A DNA stretch of 64,000 bases from Candidatus Falkowbacteria bacterium RIFOXYA2_FULL_47_19. Its GTDB lineage: Bacteria > Patescibacteriota > Patescibacteriia > Patescibacteriales > UBA12075. A model generated the notes under the pieces. The model was given only the letters and a program-made list of their open reading frames with translations. It ran no database searches and was not told the DNA's origin. The stretch covers positions 92,161 to 156,160 of the forward strand of contig MFGB01000016.1 of the NCBI GenBank assembly GCA_001780275.1, written 5' to 3'. How positions within the stretch are numbered: the stretch's first letter is position 1; each line of letters opens with the position of its first letter. Positions 1 through 8,132 of the stretch are shown here, piece after piece. The translations under genes were made by a program, and so were the position numbers.

Positions 1-988
1 GACGCTCGAGGTCGGAGCGATTATCGCCGGTATTTCCCTGGGCTCTTCGGTCTATCAGACCGAAATTTCCAGCCGGATACGCCCTCTTCGGGATTTTTTT
101 ATCGCTCTTTTCTTTATTATCCTGGGATCGGAGATGAGCGTCGGCAGTATAAAATACGCCGTTGCCCCCGGGCTGATTCTCTCCATTTTCGTGCTGGTCG
201 GCAATCCGATAATCCTTTTTTTCCTTTATCGTATGGCGCGCTTTACCCGCCGCTCCAGTTTTTTAGCCGGCCTGACGGCGGCTCAGGTAAGCGAATTCGG
301 TTTTGTTTTCCTCTTCGTGGCCAACCAGATGGGCTATGTTGACAACAACATCCTGTCTATTTTTACGATCGTGGCGCTGGTTACCATCTTCTTCTCGTCT
401 TACATGATAACCTATAATTACCAGATTTATATGGCCCTGCGTCCTTTCGTCAGGAAGTTTTTTGGCAAAGACGGATATAAGGAAAAGAAGACGACAAAAG
501 AGCGTTTCGACGTTTTCGTTTTCGGTTATCATCGTTTAGGCTGGAAGATCTGCGAAGCGCTTAAAGAAATGGGCGCCAATTTCGCCGTCGTCGATTTTGA
601 TCCGCACGCCCTGGAAAAACTCCAAAACCGGCGGATCCCGCATTTTTTCGGCGATGCCACCGACGTAGAATTCCTCGACGAACTCCCGTTGTCGTCCGCC
701 AAGATGATAATTTCGACCTTGCCCAACACCGAGGTACAGAATATCCTTGTTAAACATGTCCGTTTATGCAATTCGAAGGCGCTGGTCATAGCCAGCTTAT
801 CGCACTCCGCCTTGCTCCAGGAACTTTATAAAGCGGGAGCCGATTATATCATGATGCCGCACCTGGTCGGCGGACAATGGCTCGCGGATATTTTAAAGAA
901 TCGGCCCTGGAATCGGGTCACTTTCGAAAAGCTTTGCCGCGACCAAAAAGAAGAAATGCGTCTGCGGTTTACCCTGGGGCATCATTAG
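1..988 (+). CDS. Cation:proton antiporter (CPA2, KefB-like) C-terminal part with RCK/TrkA-N domain; 5' truncated at the window edge
   Basis: The reading frame is open from nt 2 through the stop at 988. It encodes hydrophobic TM segments followed by a Rossmann-like TrkA-N motif (VFVFGYHRLGWKICEALKEMGANFAVVDFDP...). Confidence 0.7.
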   Translation, partial: TLEVGAIIAGISLGSSVYQTEISSRIRPLRDFFIALFFIILGSEMSVGSIKYAVAPGLILSIFVLVGNPIILFFLYRMARFTRRSSFLAGLTAAQVSEFGFVFLFVANQMGYVDNNILSIFTIVALVTIFFSSYMITYNYQIYMALRPFVRKFFGKDGYKEKKTTKERFDVFVFGYHRLGWKICEALKEMGANFAVVDFDPHALEKLQNRRIPHFFGDATDVEFLDELPLSSAKMIISTLPNTEVQNILVKHVRLCNSKALVIASLSHSALLQELYKAGADYIMMPHLVGGQWLADILKNRPWNRVTFEKLCRDQKEEMRLRFTLGHH

Positions 989-1032
989 GATTTTGTTGTT
1001 TATAGTTTTTTATTTATAGGGTTTTGTCGTAT

Positions 1033-1058
1033 CGCCCCGTTTTGGGGCGGTTTTTATT
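1033..1058 (+). terminator. Rho-independent terminator
   Basis: cgcccc-gtttt-ggggcg stem-loop followed by a tttttattt tract. Confidence 0.5.
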
Positions 1059-1090
1059 TGACAAAGAGCGTTTTAAATATTAAAAATTAT

Positions 1091-1099
1091 TGCTATAAT
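1091..1099 (+). promoter_or_regulatory. Extended -10 promoter element (TGnTATAAT) upstream of the G3P dehydrogenase gene
   Basis: tgcTATAAT at 1091-1099. An AAGGAGG RBS lies 9 nt before the ATG at 1167. Confidence 0.4.
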
Positions 1100-1166
1100 T
1101 TCAGCATAAAAAGTTCTTTACAATGTGATTGGTCCTCGTTTTGAGTAAGGGCAAGGAGGTTTAAAA

Positions 1167-2825
1167 ATGGAACGTTATTTGGATGTTTGTGGAAACAGCG
1201 CAGCCGGTGTCTTTGATGTTTGTATAATCGGCGGTGGAATAAGCGGCTCCGCGATCGCCTACACCCTGTCTTTGCTCGGATACAAAGTGGCTTTGTTCGA
1301 AAAAGGTGATTTCGGCGGCGGCACGACCGCAGCGACCACGAAAATGATCCACGGCGGCGCCCGTTATCTGAAAACCCTGGAATTTCGTTTAGTGCGGGAA
1401 TCGCTTCGGGAGCGCCGTATCCTTTGCGATATCGCTCCTAACTTCGTTTACCCGAAGCCCGTATTTCTCACTACCTCGGATTATCCCAAAAGCAACAAGG
1501 GCTTGATCCGCGCCGGCATGATCTGCTATGATCTTTTGTCGTACGATAAGGGCTGGACCCGGGACAAGAGCAAAAAAATCCCGTGGCATAATTTTCTGCC
1601 GGCGGAAGCGGTCTTAGCGGCGGAACCGGCCATTCGTGATGAAAATCTGACCGGCGCTTTCGTTTACGAAGACTGCTTTAATATTTTTCCGGAACGCCTT
1701 AATCTGGCCTTTCTGAAGTCGGCGCTTAAAAACGGCGCTCGGATCGCAAATTATGCCGAAGTGTTCGATTTTTTGTATTCTTCCGGCCGGCGCGCCGTTT
1801 CCGGCGTTAAGGTTTTCGACCGGATATCACGCCAGTCATTTTTGATCCGGTCGCGTTTGACGATCAACTGCGCCGGACCCTGGGCGGACGCGGTTCTAGG
1901 ACTTATCAGCGGCCAGGAAGAAAAACCGGCTCTTACCCGCTCCGAAGGGGTTCACATTATTACCCGTCCGATCTGCCGAAAGAATATGATCGGATTTTTT
2001 CCCCGGGGCGGCAGGCATTTTTTTATTATTCCTTTTCGGGGACACTCCCTGATCGGTACGACCGACCGGCCGTATTCGGGTCATCCCGATAATTATCGCG
2101 TGAGCGCGGAAGGAATAGACGAGCTATTGAGTCTGGTGAACCGGCATGTAAAAGAGCCGATCGGCTGGCCCGATATTAAATACGCTTACGGCGGCCTTCG
2201 GCCCTTAGCAGGGGAAAACGGGGCGGATACCTATAACGCTTCCCGCAGCCACGAGATTTGCGATGCAGCCCGTGACGGACTCGACGGCCTTATTACGGTG
2301 CTGGGCGGCAAATATACGACCAGCCGGAATCTGGCCGAGCGGGTAGCCGGAGTGGTGGCTAAAAAGCTGGGCGTTTATCCCTGGCGGTCTGCCTCCGACA
2401 AGCTGTATTTAAGCGGCTGCGAGATTACCGACATGGAGCTTTTTATGTCAAAGTTGCACGCCCTTTACGATGGGGATTTTTCCCGGGAAACGGTTGAGTA
2501 CCTGGGACGCAACTACGGCACCGAGGCCAAAGAGGTTTTTAGGCTGACCGAGGATGACCCAAGTTTAAGGGAAGTGTTGAATGTCGACGGTGAGATCATG
2601 GCCGAGGTGGTTTACGCGGTTAAATTCGAAATGGCTCGCACGCTCTCTGATATAATTTTACGCCGGACCGGAATCGGCGCCCTGGGAAAACCTGACCGGA
2701 GAACGCTTGTTAAGGTCGCCTCTACCGCCGCCATAGAACTGGATTGGAAAGCTGATAATATTATTGATGAATTGGATAGAGCTTCCCGAATTTATGAATT
2801 GCCGGCCATAATCAAAAAGGAGTAG
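1167..2825 (+). CDS. FAD-dependent glycerol-3-phosphate dehydrogenase/oxidase (GlpA/GlpD/GlpO family)
   Basis: N-terminal dinucleotide-binding motif DVCIIGGGISGSAIAY...EKGDFGGGTTAATTKMIHGGARYL, typical of GlpD/GlpO. Length 552 aa. Confidence 0.75.
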   Translation: MERYLDVCGNSAAGVFDVCIIGGGISGSAIAYTLSLLGYKVALFEKGDFGGGTTAATTKMIHGGARYLKTLEFRLVRESLRERRILCDIAPNFVYPKPVFLTTSDYPKSNKGLIRAGMICYDLLSYDKGWTRDKSKKIPWHNFLPAEAVLAAEPAIRDENLTGAFVYEDCFNIFPERLNLAFLKSALKNGARIANYAEVFDFLYSSGRRAVSGVKVFDRISRQSFLIRSRLTINCAGPWADAVLGLISGQEEKPALTRSEGVHIITRPICRKNMIGFFPRGGRHFFIIPFRGHSLIGTTDRPYSGHPDNYRVSAEGIDELLSLVNRHVKEPIGWPDIKYAYGGLRPLAGENGADTYNASRSHEICDAARDGLDGLITVLGGKYTTSRNLAERVAGVVAKKLGVYPWRSASDKLYLSGCEITDMELFMSKLHALYDGDFSRETVEYLGRNYGTEAKEVFRLTEDDPSLREVLNVDGEIMAEVVYAVKFEMARTLSDIILRRTGIGALGKPDRRTLVKVASTAAIELDWKADNIIDELDRASRIYELPAIIKKE

Positions 2826-2831
2826 GCGCTT

Positions 2832-3872
2832 ATGGAGCTTTTAACCGATCCCAGTTTTGTTACGGCCTGTCCCTGGGCGCTTGTTCCTGATAGTCTGGCC
2901 GATATGCTAAATTGCCAAAAAATACGCGGGCTTAACCTCGTCGGATCCCTTAATCGGCGGGCCATGAAAATATTCAGCGGCCTTGATCTCAATCTGACCG
3001 TTACCGGCGCCGGAATCTTTAAAGACGAATATAACCATTTCCGGCCGGAACGTCTGGAGAAATTCATTGGAAGAAAATGGCCGATTTACGCCTTTCACGG
3101 CGGCCACGAAAATTTACGCCGCCAATTCAGGCACATGGAAACGCGCCTGGAGGACGATTCGGCCATAACCCGCTCCAAGCTTTTTAATCAGATTTGGGCG
3201 GCCCGCCTGTTATCAGCCGCGCCGGAGCCGGTAATAGTTTTTCACCCCGGCTTCCTTAAACAAAAGGCGAAGATCCCCTCGGCTGTTATGAGGAATATCG
3301 GCTATGCCGTCTCTTTGGCCGAAGACCTCGGGGTAACGATCGCTTTGGAAAATATGCCGCGCGCCAGCAAAGGTTATTATATCGGCTCCGACTTCCGCGA
3401 CCTAAAGACGATTTTGCGCGATATTAAGAGCGCGCATCTCGGCGTTTGTTTTGACTGGGGCCACGCTAATAATTACGCGGGCGATTATGCCCGGGAAAAT
3501 AATCGGGGCGGCGATTACATCAACGCCTTCGGCTACCAGCACGAGATGATCAGCGAACTGAACAAGGATATTGTTTACGCGCATCTGCACTTTAATTTAA
3601 ATCATCGCTTAGCCGATCCGTCCGATAAAGACGATGAGCACCTGTCTTTGGTCGGCTTAACACCGGCTGAAAGCGAAGCCTACAAAAAGACTATCCGCGA
3701 TTTGGTGTCGTTTACGGCCATTGAAAAATTCGGTTACGCCCTCCTGGAAGTTTTTCCGAAAAAAGTTTTTGACCTTTATCCGTTCTGGCCGACCGGAAGC
3801 AACCGGAAAAAACAATATGAAAGCGTAAAGATCCTGCGCCGGATGACGGAAGATCCGAACACTTCAAAATGA
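2832..3872 (+). CDS. Sugar phosphate isomerase/epimerase (xylose isomerase-like TIM barrel) family protein
   Basis: The motifs VTIALENMP and CFDWGHAN fit the xylose-isomerase-like / AP-endonuclease-2 TIM barrel. Confidence 0.5.
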   Translation: MELLTDPSFVTACPWALVPDSLADMLNCQKIRGLNLVGSLNRRAMKIFSGLDLNLTVTGAGIFKDEYNHFRPERLEKFIGRKWPIYAFHGGHENLRRQFRHMETRLEDDSAITRSKLFNQIWAARLLSAAPEPVIVFHPGFLKQKAKIPSAVMRNIGYAVSLAEDLGVTIALENMPRASKGYYIGSDFRDLKTILRDIKSAHLGVCFDWGHANNYAGDYARENNRGGDYINAFGYQHEMISELNKDIVYAHLHFNLNHRLADPSDKDDEHLSLVGLTPAESEAYKKTIRDLVSFTAIEKFGYALLEVFPKKVFDLYPFWPTGSNRKKQYESVKILRRMTEDPNTSK

Positions 3873-3882
3873 TTTTTATAAC

Positions 3883-3912
3883 AACCTGACAACCTTTTGC
3901 CAGGTTTTTTTG
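3883..3912 (+). terminator. Rho-independent terminator
   Basis: aacctg (3883-3888) pairs with caggtt (3901-3906) around a 12-nt loop, followed by a T-run. Confidence 0.5.
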
Positions 3913-3997
3913 TTGTCTCAATAAGTAATATATGCCGAAATCCGCGCAAGCGAAATCCGACCGTTTGAGGCGGAGCGTAAAAAACTCTCTTTTAACC

Positions 3998-4026
3998 TTG
4001 ACAAGTCGGAAAATCCGTGCTATACT
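3998..4026 (+). promoter_or_regulatory. Near-consensus sigma70 promoter: TTGACA, 17-nt spacer, extended -10 (TGcTATACT)
   Basis: TTGACA at 3998-4003, a 17-nt spacer ending in TGC, and TATACT at 4021-4026. No protein-coding gene lies downstream on this strand before 5278. Confidence 0.5.
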
Positions 4027-4032
4027 GGTAAT

Positions 4033-4141
4033 ATAGCCTAAAAAATAAGGCGAAAAACAAAAACAAAAACTATGAGCGACTCCAAAAGCGGGTGCATCGC
4101 GCCCAAAGCAAAACCGCAGGTATTCAATGCGGATTTTTTAA
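4033..4141 (+). ncRNA. Candidate small RNA driven by the orphan promoter
   Basis: An A-rich 5' region is followed by the hairpin GGGUGC-AUC-GCGCCC. A terminator-like hairpin ccgca (4113-4117) / tgcgg (4127-4131) is followed by a U6 tract. The only ORF in this span is a weak 70-aa frame. Confidence 0.25.
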
Positions 4142-4290
4142 TGATCGCGATCGCCTCGGTGACAGTGTATACCTATTTTATGGTATATACGATAATTTTC
4201 TTGTCCTCTTAAAAAGCGAAGGCGAAATAAACGGCTCCGACAGGGATAAAATATCGATTTTGTTCCTTCCGGGGCCGTTTTTCTTTTTAT

Positions 4291-4842
4291 TTATTCTTGC
4301 TTGATCACTTCGGCGTTTATGGTAATGCGGACTTCGTTACCGACGACCATGCCGCCGCGATCAAGCATTTCGTTCCAGCTGACCCCGTAATCATGGCGGT
4401 TGATGACGGTAGTCGCCTTGAAGCCGGCGCGGATGGTCGGTCCTTTATCCGGTTCATCTTTAATTTGGGGGGTCCGCCAAATGCCGGAGCTTATGAGGGT
4501 CAGGATGATTTTGCGCGTTATGCCGCGAATGGTCAGGTGGCCGAATAATTTAAATTCATTGGCGCCGATCCGTTCGATCTCGTTCGCCTGGAAAATAAAC
4601 GAGGGATAATTCTTAACGTCGAAAAAAGCCGCGCTTTTTAGATGTCGATCGCGATCCTTATCCCCGGTCCAGATTTCGGTAGCGTCCATGATAACATCCA
4701 CGATAATTTTTTGGGGGTTGTCGAAATCAAAATCAAGCGTCCCCCGGATATTCGGGAGACGGCCGCAAACATCAGTGATCATCATGTGCCGTACGCAGAA
4801 TTCCGCTCCCGTGTGAGCAGGTTCAAAAATCCATTTTGACAT
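4291..4842 (-). CDS. YceI family protein (polyisoprenoid-binding-like)
   Basis: The 183-aa product shows the YceI-like pattern (HxxxExCVRHMMIT...RDRHLKSAAFFDVKNYP). Confidence 0.65.
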   Translation of the reverse strand: MSKWIFEPAHTGAEFCVRHMMITDVCGRLPNIRGTLDFDFDNPQKIIVDVIMDATEIWTGDKDRDRHLKSAAFFDVKNYPSFIFQANEIERIGANEFKLFGHLTIRGITRKIILTLISSGIWRTPQIKDEPDKGPTIRAGFKATTVINRHDYGVSWNEMLDRGGMVVGNEVRITINAEVIKQE

Positions 4843-5277
4843 AATTTTATCGGCTAGAATTAGGGGTCGGGATCGGTTTCTCGGGATTTAAATTAACTTT
4901 AATATATAAATATATAATAAATTTATTAATATATAATTATAATTTTCGCCTTTTCGTTACTAGAACTTAAAATCAAGAAATAGAAATATTTTTAATATCT
5001 CGTTAACGTTTTCACAATATAATCTCATTATAATTAAAAAGCAGGTGATTTAAAAAAAACCTGTCTGAACCGCCGGTCCGTTTGCGGAATCCCAAGATGA
5101 AGCCGGAATCTCCGGATAAATTCGTCTTTCCGCGGGCCGGTCGGTTTTTTTTATTGCCGAAAAATTCCGTTAGCGTGACTAATTTGCGATTAACTATATT
5201 ATAATCGCCTTATAACAAAAATTATATACCATTATAACCGTAAGGATCAGATCATAAAATTATTTAAAATTAAATTT

Positions 5278-6213
5278 ATGAAACCATTCAAAATGAACGA
5301 CGGTTACGGTACGTCCGTCGCCATCGCCCTCGTAGCTTTTGTCATCGCCGCGGGAGCTTTGTATTTTGCCATAGACGCAAATTCGACGGCCTGGACGAGC
5401 CGGGGCGGGGAAAGCGTCAATTTGGATCAATTGGCTGATCTGGGATCGGCCATAATGACCGAGACCGAACTTGAGAATAAAATTACCGCCGCGGTAGAGA
5501 AGAAAATCATCGAAAGCATGGATGATGAGGAATACGGCCGGACGGCGTCGGTTCCGGAATCCGATAAAACCTTTGTTCCGAAAGGACGGTTCGCGGCGGA
5601 CCCGCCGGCGATAGTGCCGGAGGCCGATAATACGGGGGCTGTATTCGGTTTAGCTCCGACGATTCGGTTAACCGACGCTTCCGGAGAAGGGGTTTTAAGC
5701 AAGGCCTGGCTGGCGGTATATAACGGTATCACGTATCATCGGATCGCCGCCCGGGGCCTGGCCGCGCCCGTCGGTACGGATTATTACGAAGGCTGGCTTG
5801 TACGAAATCCGGATACGCTCGATATGTTCTCTGTCGGTAAAATGAAATATGACCCCGGCGCCGCGGACGCCACCCTGTCGGTCAGGGTCACGGGAGACCA
5901 GGAGGCTTACCGCACGGTTTATGTCACCCTGGAGAAGGATGACGGCGACCCTATGCCGGGCAAAGTCGTACTAAAGGGCACTTTTTGGCCCGAGACCGAT
6001 CTAGCCGTTACCGATAAAATGATCGAAAGCTATAAGGCCAATGAAGCAAATAAAGCCGGATTTTCAACTTCCTCGGTCCCTAAAGCCGATAATTCAACCC
6101 AAAGCCTGCTTGAGGCGATGCTAAAAGGCGGGTCCAATAACGATTCTTCGGCCGCCGGTAATTCCGACCCACTAGCTAGCCTAATGCAATTATTGCAAGG
6201 CAGTAAAAAGTAA
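5278..6213 (+). CDS. Hypothetical membrane-anchored extracytoplasmic protein
   Basis: A single N-terminal TM helix (VAIALVAFVIAAGALYFAI) is followed by a 280-aa soluble region with no recognisable motif. Confidence 0.5.
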   Translation: MKPFKMNDGYGTSVAIALVAFVIAAGALYFAIDANSTAWTSRGGESVNLDQLADLGSAIMTETELENKITAAVEKKIIESMDDEEYGRTASVPESDKTFVPKGRFAADPPAIVPEADNTGAVFGLAPTIRLTDASGEGVLSKAWLAVYNGITYHRIAARGLAAPVGTDYYEGWLVRNPDTLDMFSVGKMKYDPGAADATLSVRVTGDQEAYRTVYVTLEKDDGDPMPGKVVLKGTFWPETDLAVTDKMIESYKANEANKAGFSTSSVPKADNSTQSLLEAMLKGGSNNDSSAAGNSDPLASLMQLLQGSKK

Positions 6214-6283
6214 AAAAGTGCCACGAAAAAGCGGCTCACCCAGGGCCGTTTTTTGTGCGGTTATTTTTTGTGGTATAATATTT

Positions 6284-6325
6284 ATAGGCATTAGGTATTA
6301 GGCATTAGGCATTAGGCATTAGGCA
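6284..6325. repeat. Tandem heptamer array (TTAGGCA) x6
   Basis: ataggca ttaggta ttaggca x4. It ends 11 bp before the ATG at 6337, just downstream of a TGgTATAAT extended -10 at 6271-6279. Confidence 0.85.
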
Positions 6326-6336
6326 TTTTAATTTTT

Positions 6337-7143
6337 ATGTATATACCCGCTTCCCTTGATGGGGTCAACAAAAAAAAGAATGCCGCCGTTTTTTTAAAAA
6401 CCGCGGTTTATCGAATGGGCGGTACGGTCGAGATTTTGGCGGTATTGGCGGTTTGGATATTGATATTTTCCAAGCGAGCGGTTCTCGGCGGTTTGACTCG
6501 CGAAGAAATACTTACCTATATCCTGGTCGGTAACCTGATCGGAGCGGCCACGAACCATTTATTGCGGCGGATAGTCGTTCACGACATAAGCAGAGAAAAT
6601 CTTTCCCTGCTCATGAATTCACCCGCGTCTTATTTGGCGAAAATAATAATCAGGGGTTTCGGTCGAAATATCTTGCCGTTCATACTGTCGGTGGCGTTTC
6701 AGATTTTTTTGCTTTATTTTTTTATCGACGATTTTAAAATTAATTCGGATCCTTACTATCTTTCCGTGATCGCGGTCATGCTGGTCCTGGCTTTTTTGTC
6801 TGAATTATTGATTTTGTATTTTCTTCATTTTTTCGTTTTTTGGTCGGTCGAATCCGCCGAAACTTATAATTTTATATTGAGATTGAAAAGTATCCTGGCG
6901 GGTAGCTATTTTCCGCTGGTGATCTGGCCGGCCATCGTCAATATCAGCCTGGTCCTGCCATTCGCTTATTCTTGCTTCGTGCCGGCGGAGCTTTATTTGA
7001 AAAAAATTGGCCCAGGAATCGGTCTTCGGGGAATTTGCGTGCAAGCTATATGGATCATGATCTTGTATATTATCCTTAAAATAGTCTGGATCAGAAAGAC
7101 CGATCGGCATAACATCAGACCGAAGGAAATTTCGATAGAATAA
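6337..7143 (+). CDS. Polytopic membrane protein, possibly an ABC-2-type transporter permease
   Basis: Six or more predicted TM segments. The TREEILTYILVGNLI motif resembles ABC-2 family permeases. No SD sequence upstream. Confidence 0.4.
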   Translation: MYIPASLDGVNKKKNAAVFLKTAVYRMGGTVEILAVLAVWILIFSKRAVLGGLTREEILTYILVGNLIGAATNHLLRRIVVHDISRENLSLLMNSPASYLAKIIIRGFGRNILPFILSVAFQIFLLYFFIDDFKINSDPYYLSVIAVMLVLAFLSELLILYFLHFFVFWSVESAETYNFILRLKSILAGSYFPLVIWPAIVNISLVLPFAYSCFVPAELYLKKIGPGIGLRGICVQAIWIMILYIILKIVWIRKTDRHNIRPKEISIE

Positions 7144-7260
7144 AACCGGCCGGTGGAGTATTAAAAGCCATCTTGACTATTTGTTCGTTGTATGTTAGTA
7201 TAGCGAATGACTCTTTTTATCAGGATGTAAATTGACAATTGCGCTTCGAGGGAGGTTGAT

Positions 7261-7611
7261 TTGCCGGCAGCCGTCATTCTTGTTTTATTCGCGTTTGTAT
7301 TTTATACAACAGCGGTATTTTCGGAAATGATCAGCAAGGGACTCAGCCGCGCCATAATAGCCATATTCGCCCTAGGCTTTTTATTTGATTTGATTGGTAC
7401 TGTCGCCATGTTTATGTCGCCTGGAATGATTTTCGCTAATATTCATACTTTTTTTGGTAGTTTAGCGCTTTTGATAATGACCGTTCATTTTATCTGGGCT
7501 ATCCAGGCTTTTAAGAAACGGAGTCGGGCAGCCGGTTTATTCAGAAAATATTCCGTTTATGCCTGGACGATATGGTTCTTCGCCCTTTGCACCGGTATCC
7601 CGAAATATTGA
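7261..7611 (+). CDS. Small hypothetical membrane protein (TTG start)
   Basis: A GAGGGAGG RBS lies 5 nt upstream of the TTG start. The 116-aa product has three hydrophobic helices. Confidence 0.4.
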   Translation: MPAAVILVLFAFVFYTTAVFSEMISKGLSRAIIAIFALGFLFDLIGTVAMFMSPGMIFANIHTFFGSLALLIMTVHFIWAIQAFKKRSRAAGLFRKYSVYAWTIWFFALCTGIPKY

Positions 7612-7698
7612 TAAATTGAATTTATTTTTAATATATTTATAATCAAAGCGGAATAATATCGAAGCCAGAGTGCCAACCCTCAACAAAAAGGAGAAAGC

Positions 7699-8049
7699 GT
7701 GAACCAAAAAGTTACCGACTTGGCTGGAATCAGGGATATTCTCGAGACGATGGCCGCTTTGGCCGGAATAAAGATCGATCCCGAGAACATTTTCCAAAGA
7801 GAGCTGCGGATGGAAATTGCCGTAAACAGCAAAGAATCCTGTGAGATCAGGGTTCATTACGATGACGGGGCTTACCTGTCGTTCGTTCGTTTGAACAATT
7901 TAAAACCCGAGAACCGATGGTTTTTCCATTACCGGCCAATCGGCGGCAAAGAGAGGTTCGAGCGGATCGAGCCGGAATGCCTTAAGGAGGCGGAAAAGAT
8001 CTTTGCGAAAATGCACGATGAGATCATAACCAACGCGGTAGCGGCCTAG
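7699..8049 (+). CDS. Hypothetical protein (GTG start)
   Basis: An AAAGGAG RBS lies upstream of the GTG start. The 116-aa product is soluble. Confidence 0.45.
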   Translation: MNQKVTDLAGIRDILETMAALAGIKIDPENIFQRELRMEIAVNSKESCEIRVHYDDGAYLSFVRLNNLKPENRWFFHYRPIGGKERFERIEPECLKEAEKIFAKMHDEIITNAVAA

Positions 8050-8082
8050 CTTTTCATAGCTCTTTTATGCGAATAAAAATAA

Positions 8083-8108
8083 CCCCAGTCAAAAGACTGG
8101 GGTTTTAA
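8083..8108. terminator. Bidirectional rho-independent terminator between convergent genes
   Basis: ccccagtc-aaaa-gactgggg, flanked by an A-run upstream and a T-run downstream. Confidence 0.6.
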
Positions 8109-8132
8109 TATACGGAAATCTTATCGATTTTT

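Noticed and set aside
4092-4304. 70-aa ORF downstream of the orphan promoter
   Set aside because: No RBS, odd composition, and it overlaps the 3' end of the convergent yceI-like gene. It is treated as part of the putative sRNA region instead.
6284-6325. CRISPR array interpretation of the short tandem repeats
   Set aside because: The units are 7-21 bp with no spacers, far below CRISPR repeat or spacer sizes. No cas genes were seen.
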